Source: Mesotaenium endlicherianum
Lineage: Eukaryota
DNA: 64,000 nt
NCBI GenBank assembly: GCA_009602735.1
Contig: WELA01002297.1
Location: 718,773-782,772 of the forward strand
Reading direction: 5' to 3'
The translations under genes were made by a program, and so were the position numbers. A model generated the notes under the pieces. That model searched no databases. It was not told the origin of the DNA and worked only from the letters and a program-made list of their open reading frames with translations. Shown in pieces: positions 1 to 12,600 of this stretch; the stretch's first letter is position 1, and each line of letters opens with the position of its first letter.

Positions 1-759
1 CCCTCCCCCCGCCCCCCCGCCAGGCAGAAGACAGCGAGAGACCGAAACCAGAGCACGAGTTAGCAAGGGGGTGAGACGAGCACGCGTGCGTGCACGCGGC
101 CCCCGGCCATCGTCCTTTTGCAAGCTCGCGCACGCTCTGGCCTGTTTGTCGTGCAGCTGCCGAGTGGAAGTCGCGGCAAGGAGGGCATTCTATGTCCCCA
201 AGGTGTGCCCATGTGCTCGTGCGCGTGCGTGCGCCCTTCCCTCCCTTCTCCTCCCCTCCCCTCCCCTCCCTGCACACTCTCTCCCTCTCCCCCTCCCAGT
301 GTGCAAGCACGCGCGTACATCATCTGGCTAATTCCCGCCACTCTCTCTCCCAGAAACGAGAGAGATGAGCAGCAACGCGCACCCAAGGGATGTTGACAGA
401 CAGATAGCTGGCCGACAAATCACCAGGGGGAGAGGCGGAGCACCCAGAGGGAGAGAGAGAGAGGGGAACGCCTGCTGAACCTGTCAGCGCACGACGCATC
501 AGGCTCTCGCCCGGCAGGCAGGCTCCCCAACCCCCAACACTACCACTGCCAGAAACAACCCCTTCACGCCCACCGCCCAGAAGACGGCTGGATAGCCGAC
601 GTGGTTCTCACGTCAACTGTCACACACGAGGTCACGGAGGGCAGCCCCAGGACATGCCAACAAAGGAGAGGTGGCTTCGGGGCGGAGGCCGGGGGGTGGG
701 GGGTGCGGAGGGGATGGGGGAAGACGAGGGCTCACAGAGAGGAGGGTGAGCGAGCGCAC

Positions 760-3060
760 GGAGACGCTCTGGCGCTCCATGATGCGCGCGGCGCTGTGCA
801 GGATGTGCTCCGCGTCGCCGCCGTGCAGGCCCTGCAGCAGGTGCACGAAGTCGGCGACGCCGTCCTCCTCGATTGCACCCAGCAGCATGGGCGGGTTGCC
901 CACAAACACCATCATCTGCGCCGCCGCCAACGCTGCCGTCGCCGCCGCGTTGTCGTCGGGGACGGGGACGGGGGCGGGGGCGGGGGCGGGGGCGGGGGCG
1001 CGCTCTCCCCGCAGAAGCCCGCCAGCAACAACAGCAGCATCGTCAAGTACCGTTTCTCCGTCACGCATTCCGGCGAGGGTATTCCGGCCGTGCTCGTGCA
1101 GGCGCTCGTGGGGAATGGCGGGGCGGGCCTTATGGGCATCCATGCCATGGGGCTGAAGATGTGTCGCAACGTGGTGCAGCTGATGGGGGGNNNNNNNNNN
1201 NNNNNNNNNNNNNNNNNNNNNNNNNNNNNNNNNNNNNNNNNNNNNNNNNNNNNNNNNNNNNNNNNNNNNNNNNNNNNNNNNNNNNNNNNNNNNNNNNNNN
1301 NNNNNNNNNNNNNNNNNNNNNNNNNNNNNNNNNNNNNNNNNNNNNNNNNNNNNNNNNNNNNNNNNNNNNNNNNNNNNNNNNNNNNNNNNNNNNNGGGAGG
1401 GGTGGGGGGGCGGGGGTGGAGAGAAGCTGCCGAAGAGGCCCAGGCCGAGCCATCCAGCGGGCCTAGCAGCTTGCCCCGGCGCTGACACCTGCGCCTGCGC
1501 CTGCACGGGCACGTGGTCGTGTGCTGGTGCGCCAGCTGCGCCGTACGCCCAGGGCTGGCGGGCGCCAGCGGGGCGCGCTGACGCTGGAGGGGGCGGAGGA
1601 AGCATGCGGTGCTCCTGGGCTGCTGATCTGGCACTGCCGCGGTGAGGCGCCCCCCCGTGTGCCGCCTCTCCTGGCGGAAGGTAGAGGCTGGGGGGAGGGG
1701 GACGGAACATAAAGGGAGCCCGGGGAGGAGGAGGAGGAGGAGGAAGAAGAAGGGGAGGCGGAGGGGGAGGCGGCCCCGCGCCTCCGCCCCAGGGCTGGTC
1801 AAACAGCGGGTTGACCCCCGGGCGCGCCAGCACGTGGCGGCCGGCCTCGGTTACGTAGGCGGCGCCTGGCGGCGGCGCCTGCACCCCCTCCCAAGCGCCC
1901 ACGTACTCGCCAGCGCCCTCGCCCTCGCGCTGATGGACATCGCCTCCCCCCCCCAAGCCAAAGAAGCCCTGCAGCCCCCTGCCCAGGCCCCCCGCAACGC
2001 CCTGCCAGAATCCTGCCCCCCCTCCCCTCCCCGCTNNNNNNNNNNNNNNNNNNNNNNNNNNNNNNNNNNNNNNNNNNNNNNNNNNNNNNNNNNNNNNNNN
2101 NNCACCCCCTCCCAGTCCTTCCCCTCTGACATCAAGGCCGGCAGCAGCCTCCCCCGGCTGCCCCCATGTCCTGCCGAACCCCTGCTCATAGTACGTGCCA
2201 GCTGTAACTGGGGCAGCCGCGCCCCCCGCCCAGCCTCCCCACCCGCCGTGGGGCGCTGCCGCCGCGCCTGGCAAGTGCTGCTCCCGCCCCCTCTGCTGCC
2301 ACTGCGCCAGGGCAGCAGCGACGGCCCCGTCGCCGGCGGTGCTCCTGCCAGCAGCAGCCAGCGCATCCGCGCGCACGCCGGCCGCGCCGTCCCAGCCGCC
2401 GTGCCACCTCCAGGCAGCCTCCTCCTGCGCTTGGGGGCCCAACGGCCAGTATTGTTGGCGGCCAAAGCCTCCCCCACCAGGCGCAGCCTCGCCTCCCAGC
2501 CACTCATCTCCATTCCCGGGAGAGTGCCACCGCAGGTCCTGATGGGCGGCCCGCCTGTCCCCTCCTCTGCCCTCCCCCTCCCCCTGCCCCTGCCCCTGCC
2601 CGCGCCCCCGCCCGTGGCCGTGAGCGTGGCCCTGCCTGTTGGCACGTCCATGGGCCCGGGCGTAACTCTGGGACTCGTGGGCGTAGGCGTGGTTGTGGGC
2701 GTGGCTGTGTCCAGGGTTTCTCTGGCTCTGACGCCGGGCCTGGGAGGGGCCGGCTTCGGAGCCGTGTGCCCTGCCTGCCGCCGAGGGCGAGCCCGGGTTC
2801 AAGTCCGGCGGCCGTGGCTGCTGCTGTGCGCCTCCCAAGCCAGGCCTTGGGCCAGGCTCGGCGCTGCCAGGCGGGGGCCGAAGCTCCGGGGAGTCGAAGC
2901 CCAGCGCCGTGAGCGTCGCCAGGGTGTCCTGCAGGCGGCGACGATCGTGATGATGAGCTGGCGCGTCGTCCGCTGCTGCCTCCTCGTCCTCGACCTCGGG
3001 GGGGAGGGCCCCAGCAGCGTCCTCCGGGTCAATGCTGTTGCGGACGGCGCCGTCGTCATT

Positions 3061-3099
<39 letters not shown>

Positions 3100-5495
3100 C
3101 GCTGCCATGTCGTCCCAGTCGTGGCCGTTGAAGCGGTGCAGGCCCAGCAGCGGGTGCAGCTGGTGGCGCTGCTCCTGATCAGCCCCCGGGTCTGCTCCCA
3201 TCGTCGCCCGCGCCGCCGCCGCCTCCTGCAGCATCTGGGCCTGCACCACGCCCACTCTCCACGCAGGCGCGCGTGAGCGTGTGTGCGTGCATGCGTGCAT
3301 GTGTGTGTGTGTGTGTGTATGTGCGCGTGTGTGTGTGTGTGCGTGTGTTTATGCGACCAAGCTGCGAGGGGCAGCAAATGGGTGTCGTGAGGAAAGGGAA
3401 GGGGGGGTAAAGACCGGGGGCCTGACCTGCTGCCTGTAGGAAAGCGCTTTCGTCTGCAGCAGGCGGACCAGGCGCGGCAGAACCTCCGGAATCGCCAGCA
3501 GGGCGTCGTGGTTGGCGTCGGCTGCCGCCAGCTCGCGCTCCTTCGCAGCCCTGACGTCGTTCGGCTCTTGCAACAGGTGGTCCTTCTGCAGGGCAGTGAC
3601 GTCGGGCTGACGGTCCTGCAAGCGACACATGGCGGGACGGCAGCGGACCAGGAAGAGTCTCTTCTCGCCTTCGGTTGGCGGGGGCTTGTGCTGCTATTTG
3701 TGCTACTAAACCCTGATCTCAAATGGAGGGACATTAATTTGTGCAGAATTGCTACCAATAGCTCCTCTAGAAGCAGAGGCAAAGGACGACTGTAGTGTCA
3801 AACAGGAAACAATACTGAGAAAGTCAGAGCGCGCGTGTGCATGTGTGTGAGTCTGCGTGCGTGCGTGTGTGTGTGTATGTGTGTGTGTGTGTGTGTGTTT
3901 GTGGGAGGAAGGGAGGGAGGGAGGGAGGCTGCCGGGAGAGAGTCGTACGTCGGGCTCAAAGACAACCATGGCCAGCACCCTGCAGAAGTACGCCAGCTGG
4001 CAGGAGGAGAAGCCCCGCACGATGTTCCCGAAGTCGGGTATCTGGTCCAGGCTGAACGACGCCTCCTCGCGCGCTGCCAGTATCTCCTCCGCCATGCTCA
4101 CGGCTGCCCCGGCCAATACCCCCCCCCCCCCCACATGATGTCCAGGTCAGCTTGTGAGGACCATCTGTGTGATGCAAACCGCACGATGCGCACGAGCGTA
4201 GGATGGATATGGCATCCATAGCTTGGCTACGCCATGCATCAGTTCTTGCTTGCACGTCTGTGTTAGAAGGAGAGAGAGGGAGAGCGCGGGAGGGCTGTGC
4301 TATTAGAAAAGACACCGTCTCTTTCACTCCCCTCTCCTCCCCCTCCGCACGCACCCCCAAAAGCACCCCCTCTATCTCACGCATCTCTTTCTCCCCCGTC
4401 TCCTTTTTCTCTCAGCCAAAAGCCTGAGTGAGTTCAAACCTTGAGTGAACGGTTGTCTCAGCTTCCCTTTCCTGATCAAGTTAAGGCGTCACTCTAGCCA
4501 GGTCTGACCAAGGCCCCGCGCCCGTCGTCTCCGCATGGAGCAACGTCAGACGACAAGCTCATGCGTTTCTGTTGCTGGTCCCATTGCACATTTGGTGCTT
4601 TGAACGGCACGGAGGGAGAGCTCGCCAGCTGCCACCGTGCCAGTTCACGGGGGACGTCTGGCGGTTCTTTTTTCACCACATACACGTAATGTTATGAGCA
4701 ACGTGCTGACTGCCCTTGCGAGGGAACAGCCGTCCGGTGCGCAGTGCGCAATCATGCGATGTCCATTCGAGCGACTTTCAGCCCTCGGAGAAGTGTGTCT
4801 CGAGAGCACCCAGTGACGCAAAGAGAGAAGGGAGGGTGGAGGAGGGTGGAGGCTGTACCGTTGTCGAAGGTGACAGCGCTCTTCATGAGCTCAAACAGCC
4901 GGACCAGCAGCTGCTTCTGGGCCCCGAGAGCCTCGCAGTAGAAGCGCTGGGAGTCGCAGAGCCTCAGCAGGACAGCCAGGCTCGCGTTCCTCAAGCTCTG
5001 CAGCAATGGCGAGTCCTCCTCATGGAAGGAGGATTCGAAGTGCCTCACAGCGTCGGCGTAACTGCGCCCCGCATCGCTGCTGTCCCTCCGCTGCCGACGA
5101 GGTGAGACTGCTGGGGCTCTCGACATCCCAAAGGGTAGTGTTAGGATCTTAATGAGGAGCATATCGCCTCCAAGCAGAATAAAAGCCTCACAGTTTGCCT
5201 GGTGGTGCGTGCTCGTAGACGCTGATATGCTTGCATGAACTGATTCCAGCTTTCTCCGACAGCTCTGTATATCACCAGCCGAATAACTACTTTCCAAGTC
5301 CTGGCAGAGGGTCGCCATGCCGTGTGAAGCGAGTTGCAACCGTTGATGCAAGGGTTTCGGAAGACTCTTGACAGATTTGCAAGACCTGCCAGTTATCTGG
5401 GAGCTAAAAACTCCATCTAAGACCCTAAGGTCACCTGCACATCTTCCTTGACCTCTTCGACAATTGCTACGATAGCCCATAAGTGACGGGTCCAT
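760..5495 (-). CDS. TRPC4AP: TRPC4AP/TRUSS-like (DUF3689) protein, 5' part; gene appears to continue beyond the left window edge
   Basis: Frame-consistent GT-AG exons 5495-4859, 4103-3949, 3615-3427 and 3240-~760 (last donor uncertain; two N gaps inside). Spliced protein ...EAFILLGGDMLLIKIL...KQLLVRLFELMKSAVTFDNAVSMAEEILAAREEASFSLDQIPDFGNIVRGFSSCQLAYFCRVLAMVVFEPD...ANHDALLAIPEVLPRLVRLL resembles the TRPC4AP N-terminal helical region (recalled family similarity). No stop codon reached within the window. Confidence 0.7.
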
Positions 5496-6646
5496 TTTCA
5501 CAAACAATCGAAGATAAGAATGACTCTTAAGTATGGTTCATGTGGTTCATGTCTAATGATAGATCTCTAAACTTGCCACATAAATGAGAACATCTGCTTC
5601 AAGGAGTCGTCAAGAACCGCAGTTTAATAACTGGGACCAGGTATGACGAAACAGTTTTGTTTAGTTAAGAACTTGCAGATATGCGAAGATGTCACGGCGC
5701 CCAGTCTGCGAGGCTGCGGAAGCCCGCAAAGACTCGTGAGTTGACGAACGAGCTCGTCAAAGCACAATGCGAGGCACAGTTTTTTAAATCTTATGGCTCT
5801 TGGCCATTGATGAAGACCCTCTACAGCTGTTCCAGTGCCAACTGTCGTAGTGCGCAGTCATATCAATGGAGTTCAAGAGTTGCTAAAGGCAGACAACTAA
5901 GGCGTGACACCTATAGCGAGGGAAATTTCTTCCATGCACTTCCATGTATCGTCGTCATGCATCTCGCATTGTCATGTTCTTTTTTGTGCTTTGACATTGA
6001 CTTCGTCTTTCAATTGTTAGTATCGTACCACGACGGTACGAACCAGGTTGCTATCGTTGACAAGTTTGATCTATTGTTCTGCGAGGAATAGGTGGGGATT
6101 TGAGGAGTCAATCTACAAGCGGCAATTGGCCTTTAATTTATCCGAAAGTAGAAAGCCAACGAAATGAAAGCCAACGAAATGCAGCCCGACATATAGGCCC
6201 CCAGGGGTTGTTCGCAGCGGCTGGCAAACGGTTCGATGTGTTCGGATAGCGAAGGGGAGCCGACGTGATGCCTATATTTCCTCTCTGGTCACTCAAATTT
6301 GGGCGCAGGTAGCGTGCTGGTCGATGATGGTCCACAATCCACTTCGATTTCAATCAATTTCAATTAGTGACGGCACTTGGGCGACTCGGGGCAAGTTAGG
6401 AGTTGGGCCTCTACTGTGGAGTGCTGTGGAGTAACAAAACTGGACACAACCACTTTCAGTAAATAAACCCAGCAGCCCACCCGAAGTGCTGGTGTTCGTC
6501 CTACTGGACTGCTGAGAGAGGCAACTCTGATGCAATTAGTCACTAGAGTCCGAAGGTTCTAATTTCACCAGTTCATGTTTACGAGGCGTGACGCAGTCTC
6601 ATGATGAGCTAGCTGCTAGAAGTTGAGCTTTTCCTGTTGTCTGTAA

Positions 6647-9600
6647 ATGCTGAAGGCATGCACGCACTTTTGTAAGCCTCTCAAGTGGATGCCGGTTGGC
6701 TATCGGCAGACGTTGCTGATGGCGTTTCAAACCTGTCAGCTTGCTGTCAGGGGATTGAGTGCTCAAGCATGTATAGGGCCGGCTGCTCTTGTCAGACCAC
6801 TGGGCGCTCTTTCTGCCGCTGGTTTGACCATACGAACATGCAGGGTTTCGCGATTTTTGTCAGGCCCCTCACTGCACTCTTTCATGGGCTCCTCTCTGAA
6901 GCTTCAGACATCAGAACAGTTGAGGCAGCTGGGCATGAGAGCGTGCAGTGAAGCGAGGACGGCTGCGGCCAGAGACTCACGGAATGATGGCTCCCCGGCC
7001 AACAGATTGGCATCAGATGTTGGACAGGTGGAGCTTAAACCCTCCTTCAGCTCGGAGGACCCCACCCAGGACTTTGACTTCGGTGGTTCTGATGAGGGTG
7101 CTCTGGAGGCCGAGGCCGTTGAGAGCGTAGCGGCGCAGACAAAGGAGACGCAGCCGAGATTCACGTACCCGAAAAAGGGCCAAGAGCTGGAGCTCGTTTG
7201 CGAGAGCTTGGCCTTCAAGGTGAGGCCACGCCGTGTCGCGGACCCTGCCTCCCGACGATTCCGAGCACCAGCTCTGGCTGGCGTGGCACCTGCCTGACGC
7301 AAACGCCGGGCCTTGCTCCTTGCTTCCCACTTCTCACTTCCTTTGCTGATGAGTGCCACATGGTGACGGAAGGAGTGTGGCATCAGTCCTGGCTGCCATA
7401 GCCAGGTGGCATGGGTCTAGCTGAGGCGACATTGCTGGCGGCTTCTTCAGCAGCCGGCGGCGAGGGGCATTTCTGCTGCAGCCTCAGCTGGGAGGCGTTT
7501 TGGCATCAGGGTTTTTCCTCTTGGGCGTGGCGCGCGCAGTGGGAGCATGCGGATTGTACCTGTCTGACGCTGTTGCACTGACTCACGTGGCCATTGATTG
7601 CTGGTGGCCGTCCATCCGTGTTTGCTGTGGCACCAGCCACCCGGCACAGAGATTATAGACATGTAAATAAAATGAGTGCAGCTAGCTATGCGACTAGATG
7701 CAGAATCTTTAGACGTATCACATAAGAGTCCAAACTCTGCTGCTTGTTCCTGCGCGACGTGGGCAGGGCCGGGCATCTTCGATATGTTTGTGCCGGGGGG
7801 CGCCCCGCCGCCAATTCAGCGTGCATGCAGCAAGTGGCGAGGCGATGGCATTAGGAGTGCATGTGGCGCGAGCGAGCTGCCCGAGCGACGTGCCTTCCTT
7901 ACATTGCTGCCGCGTCCAAAGAGAGGCTGAGTGAGGGCCTGCTGTGCTGACTGACTGACTGACTGAGCGACTGAGCGACTGACTGACTGGCTGGCTCCCG
8001 CACGGTGGCCGTGTTCTGTGGCGGGGGGAGGCGGGGGGGGGNNNNNNNNNNNNNNNNNNNNNNNNNNNNNNNNNNNNNNNNNNNNNNNNNNNNNNNNNNN
8101 NNNNNNGGGGGGGGGGGCGCGCAGGGCCTGGGAGTGTGCAAGGTGGTGGGCACTGGCTTTGTGGTGCTGTGCGAGCGCGCCCTGCCCGGCGAGCGCCTCA
8201 TCGCGCGCATCAACCGCAAGAAGGGCAGCTTTGCACAGGTGGGTGTGCTGGTTCTCTCCCAGGCTCCGGCTGTAGTAGCCTTCTCGTCTCCATGCAGCAG
8301 AAGCGCCGTGCAGGGCGGCGCCTTGCCCTCGCCATCAGGAGCATTCCGGCGGGCGAGTTTTTGGAGGAATTATAGCTGGAGATGCGCCTCTGCTTCTTTC
8401 GAGCTACTTGATGCTCTCTGCGTTGAGGTTCAGTACCCGCCCGGCTCTCGTCCGTCTCACCGTCGTGCGCCGGCGCCGCCTGGCGGGCTGGGGGTGCAGG
8501 CGTACAAGGTGGCAACGCTGACGCCGCACGCCGACGCGGTGGAGCCCCCGTGCGAGCACTTCCCCGCGTGCGGCGGGTGCAAGCTGCAGAACCTGGCGTA
8601 CGCGGGACAGCTGGCGGCCAAGCAGCAGCAGGTGGCGGACCTGGTGTCGCGGCTGGGGCGCTTTGGGGAGAGCGCGGAGGGCGCGCGCTCGGGCGCCTAT
8701 CTGCGCCCTATCGTTCCCTGCAGCAAAGAGTACCACTACCGGAACAAGGTGAGGCCGCCGCGCATGTGCGCCACCTGGCAGCAAATACCTGGCATGTAGT
8801 CATCTGGCAGGTGACACCTGGCGCCATGTGGGGCCCGGGGGTTTTTTGTGCCCAGCAGCAGTGGACCCTGCGGGAGTGCGGGATTGGCGTGCATGCATGT
8901 ATGAGAATGAATTTGAGTCGCGGCGTCGGGTGTAGCAGATGTCTTGCCAAAGCTGGCCAGCCGTTGCCAAGTGTCCTGTCGCTCTCACGTTGCACCGCGT
9001 GCAGCTGGCCGATGACGAGACACAAACGTCGCTATACTGCACCCCCCGGACCTCGGTCCGCTCTGAAGATGCTCTTACACAATTCCGCCGAGGCCAGCTG
9101 TCGCGTGCTCCGGTGACAATCTGACTCCGTCCCTGGCCTGAATTGCAATCGCGGAGCGTGCAAGGGTGGCGTCACTGTGGGCTTCCCGGCATGTCTATGA
9201 CAGCAGTTGAAGGCCACCCTCTGTCTTTGATTGCGGGTGTGCCTCTGCTGGTCTGCCGTGCCTCTCTTTCTCTCTTTGCTTGGCCGGGCCTCGGCCGGTT
9301 GCCGTGCGTTGCGAGCTGTCCACTGCCTGTCCCCCCGGCCGTCATGGTGCTGCTGCCTCCATGCCACTTGGCTGCTTTCAGCGGCTGCCGCGCCATTGCC
9401 TCTCTTTCTGTGTGTCCGGTCTCCATGTGCGTCGGTTGCGCTCGCGCCGCTCTGTTTCAACTCCCGGGGAGCAGCACGCAGAGCAGAGCACAGCGGAGCA
9501 CCGTAGAGCACTGCCGAGGCAAGTCAACAAGCTACGGGGTTCGCTCTCTCTCTCTCTCTCTCTCTGTTTGCCTTCCTCTCTTTCTCTCACTGGGCGTCCC

Positions 9601-12600
9601 ACCCCTTTGTCGCCTCCTCTCTCCTCTGCTGACTGCCTGCAGTAGATGGAGTTTTCGTTTGGCAGCCGCATCTGGCTGCCCACTGAGGAGCACACGCTTG
9701 CCCCCCGCCAACCGCCCGCCAGCCGTCCGCCCCCACCGTCGCCCTCGCCCTCGCCCTCCTCCTCTTCCCCCTCGAATTCCCCCTCGTCCTCCCCCCCGGC
9801 GGCAAAGGAGGCAAGGCGCGGGCGGGCCAAGCACGTGGAGCCGAACCCGAAGCAGTTTGCGCTGGGGCTGCACGCGCCGCGCCGCTTCGACAAGATCCTG
9901 CCCATCCGCACCTGCCTCCTCCAGCACGAAGTGGCCAACCAGGTACGCCAGCTGGCGCCACGCCACCACTTGCATATCCCCACACCCCTCCCCCCCCCCC
10001 CCCCCCCCCCNCCCTGCGGCGGATCCTGCTGTCTGTATTGACCCCAGGGTTGGAGTGCGTGCGGCAATCAGAAGAAGGATGGAGCAATCAGCTGCATGCA
10101 CCTGTGTCTGTGTCTGTTGTGTAAGCTCTTCCGCGAGAAACTTGCTGTTGCAAAGGAGCAACAGCACGGCTGTCGTGCTGCGCCCTGCCGCCGCCGCGAC
10201 CAGCGCAGCACGGCATGGCTTCGGGGGCTGCCAAGCGCTGATGGCGTGCCGCCTGTCGTGCGGGTGGGCGGGCATCGCGGCGGCAGGTGCTGGCGACGGT
10301 GCGGGAGTTCTGCGAGGCCCGCCACACGGGCGACCTGCCGTGCTACGACCCCGTCACGCATGAGGGCTTTCTGCGCCACGTCACCATCCGCACCGGCAGG
10401 TGCGCCCCCCTCCTCCCTCCCCCCCCATCGCCTCNTCTCCCTCTCTTTTTCTCGTTTGTTTGCACAAGCATGCGTGCGCGCGCGTGCGCGCGGCTGCCGG
10501 CATATGTGCATGCACGTGCTCGTGTGCGCGCGTGCATGTCTGGGTTTCTTGACGAGGATGCGCCGCCTGGGCCCTGGAGGCCTGCTGCACAACCCCAGAA
10601 AATGTACCAGGCCCTCACCCTGCAGCCCTAGCCTGTGGCCTTTAGACGCCAAACCCAAAGGCCCCGATGGATTCCAAACTTGAGAGGCCGTGCACCCCGG
10701 TATGCTGATTCGAGCAACCCAGGCCCTGGATGGGTAAGCTCAGACCTGAAGCGGACGCCATGGGGGGAGCTCCGATCGCGCATGGCGCTGGGGCCTGTGT
10801 GAGATTCAAAGCGCAAGAGGGGAGGGGGCACCCGGGCCTTTAGCTCACCTGAAGCTTCTCAGAGCTGGACCTCCACTTCTGCTCCCGAGAGTGTATAGCC
10901 ATCCCCCCCCACCCGCCCCTCTCTGTGACCCTTGCGCAAGGGCGTGCAAGTGCAGGGAGCCGCAAGAGCAGACAAGGGGGGGGTCAGACTGGTGGGCAGG
11001 CAACTCGGGAGAGCCTGCCCTTGCCTCTGCCTAGCTGCCTCTGCCTCTGCCTCTGTCTCATATGCACTCTTGGAGATGTGTAGCCTGTGCCCTATGCCCT
11101 GAGGATACTCAATGCCGCACCAGCGACGCCTGCCTTATCCCCCCTGCTCTTGTGCGACTGCATGCGTGCGTGCGTGTCCGTCTGCATGCGTGCCTGCGTG
11201 TGTGTGCGCACGCGTGCAACAGCGACCCCGAGAGCGGAGGCCTGCAGCTGATGGTGAACATCATGACCAAGGAGTCGAGGCCGGCGCTCCTGCAGCCGCT
11301 GGCGGACCTCCTCGTGGAGTCCTACCCCGCCGTGGTGAGCTCTTCTTTACCTGCATGAGTCAACGGAGAACCAGAGTAACTCTTGTGTGTAGCAGCACGC
11401 AAGCAGTGCTGGTGACACAGGGCAGCAGCGGCATGCCTGGCGCAGCACGCCACCGGGCCTGGCCACGCGGTTTGTCCAGGTGTGTCGCCGCGAGGTTGCT
11501 CTCTCGAGTTGTTTTTGGGTTCCTCTCCACTGCATGTAAAGTGTGCAGCTTGTACTTCATATCTCTCCACCCCCCTCCCTCTCTTACTTCGGTCAAAGTG
11601 TTGCACGCAGCTGGCCGATGACGAGACACAAACGTCGCTATACTGCAACCCCCGGACCTCGGTCCGCTCTGAAGATGCTCTTACACAATTCCGCTGAGGC
11701 CAGTTGTCGCGTCCTAATCTGACTCCATCCCTGACCTGAGGTAGACCTGCAGTGAAGACTTGCTCTGACTAATGAGGGCCCCGAGATGCCCCAGAGAGTG
11801 TTTCATGAGGGATTCAGTTGCTGGCGTTACCTCTGCCACATGTTTCGTTCTCTCTTTGCAATCCCAAGAATAGTTGCTGCAGGCTGCTGCTGCTGCTGGA
11901 CAAGCTGGAGAGCCGTGATAAGCGGGCCTCAAAGCGTACCATGCTATTGTGTGTGGGCTGGGCTGGGCCTGCTGCTTTGGCTTCAGCCTTGACTAGCAAG
12001 GGAACTTTTCTGGTGGGGGAGAGAGAGAGAGAGGGAAGAGGTGGGCCATCTGCCCTCGGCCGCTTATGTTGGACCTTGGGACTCCTCTCTCTCCTGCGTG
12101 CTATGTCGTCTGCTGGCGCTGGCGCTGGTGCTGGTGGTTGTGGTGGTGGTGCCGCAGGTGAGCGTGGTGAACACGGTGAACGCGTCGCGGGGCAACGAGG
12201 AGGTGGGCGTGAGCGAGCACGTGCTGCACGGCACGCGCACCATCACCGACACGCTGCGCGGCCTCCACTTTGAGATCTCCGCCAACTCCTTCTTCCAGAC
12301 CAACACCGGGCAGGCGGAGGAGTTGTACCGGCTGACGGAGGAGGCTTGCGAGCTGCGCGCGGACGGCAGCCAGGTGCTGCTGGACCTCTTCTGCGGCACC
12401 GGCACCATCGGCCTCTCTATGGCGTCCAAGTCAGCACCCTCTTCCTCTCTCCCTCACTCTGCCTCACTCTCCCTCTCTCGCTCCTTTTCTTGTAACCCGT
12501 CTGTTTGTCCCTGCCACCCTGTTCTCTTGTTCCTCCGCCTTCTTTTCTTTGGTCAACTTTCTGCACTTCTTCTGGGGCTCCCTCGCCACGCCCCAGACAT

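Noticed and set aside
1642..3276. 544-aa plus-strand ORF and other long antisense ORFs
   Set aside because: These are shadows of GC-rich coding sequence on the opposite strand, with no recognisable motifs.
6195..6260. GGTTCGA B-box-like motif suggesting a tRNA
   Set aside because: No cloverleaf or A-box can be built.
7346..7424. CTGATGA...CTGA segment in RumA intron 1 as a hammerhead or C/D snoRNA
   Set aside because: No GAAA after stem II for a hammerhead. The terminal stem is weak, the C box is buried in a hairpin and I recognise no guide.
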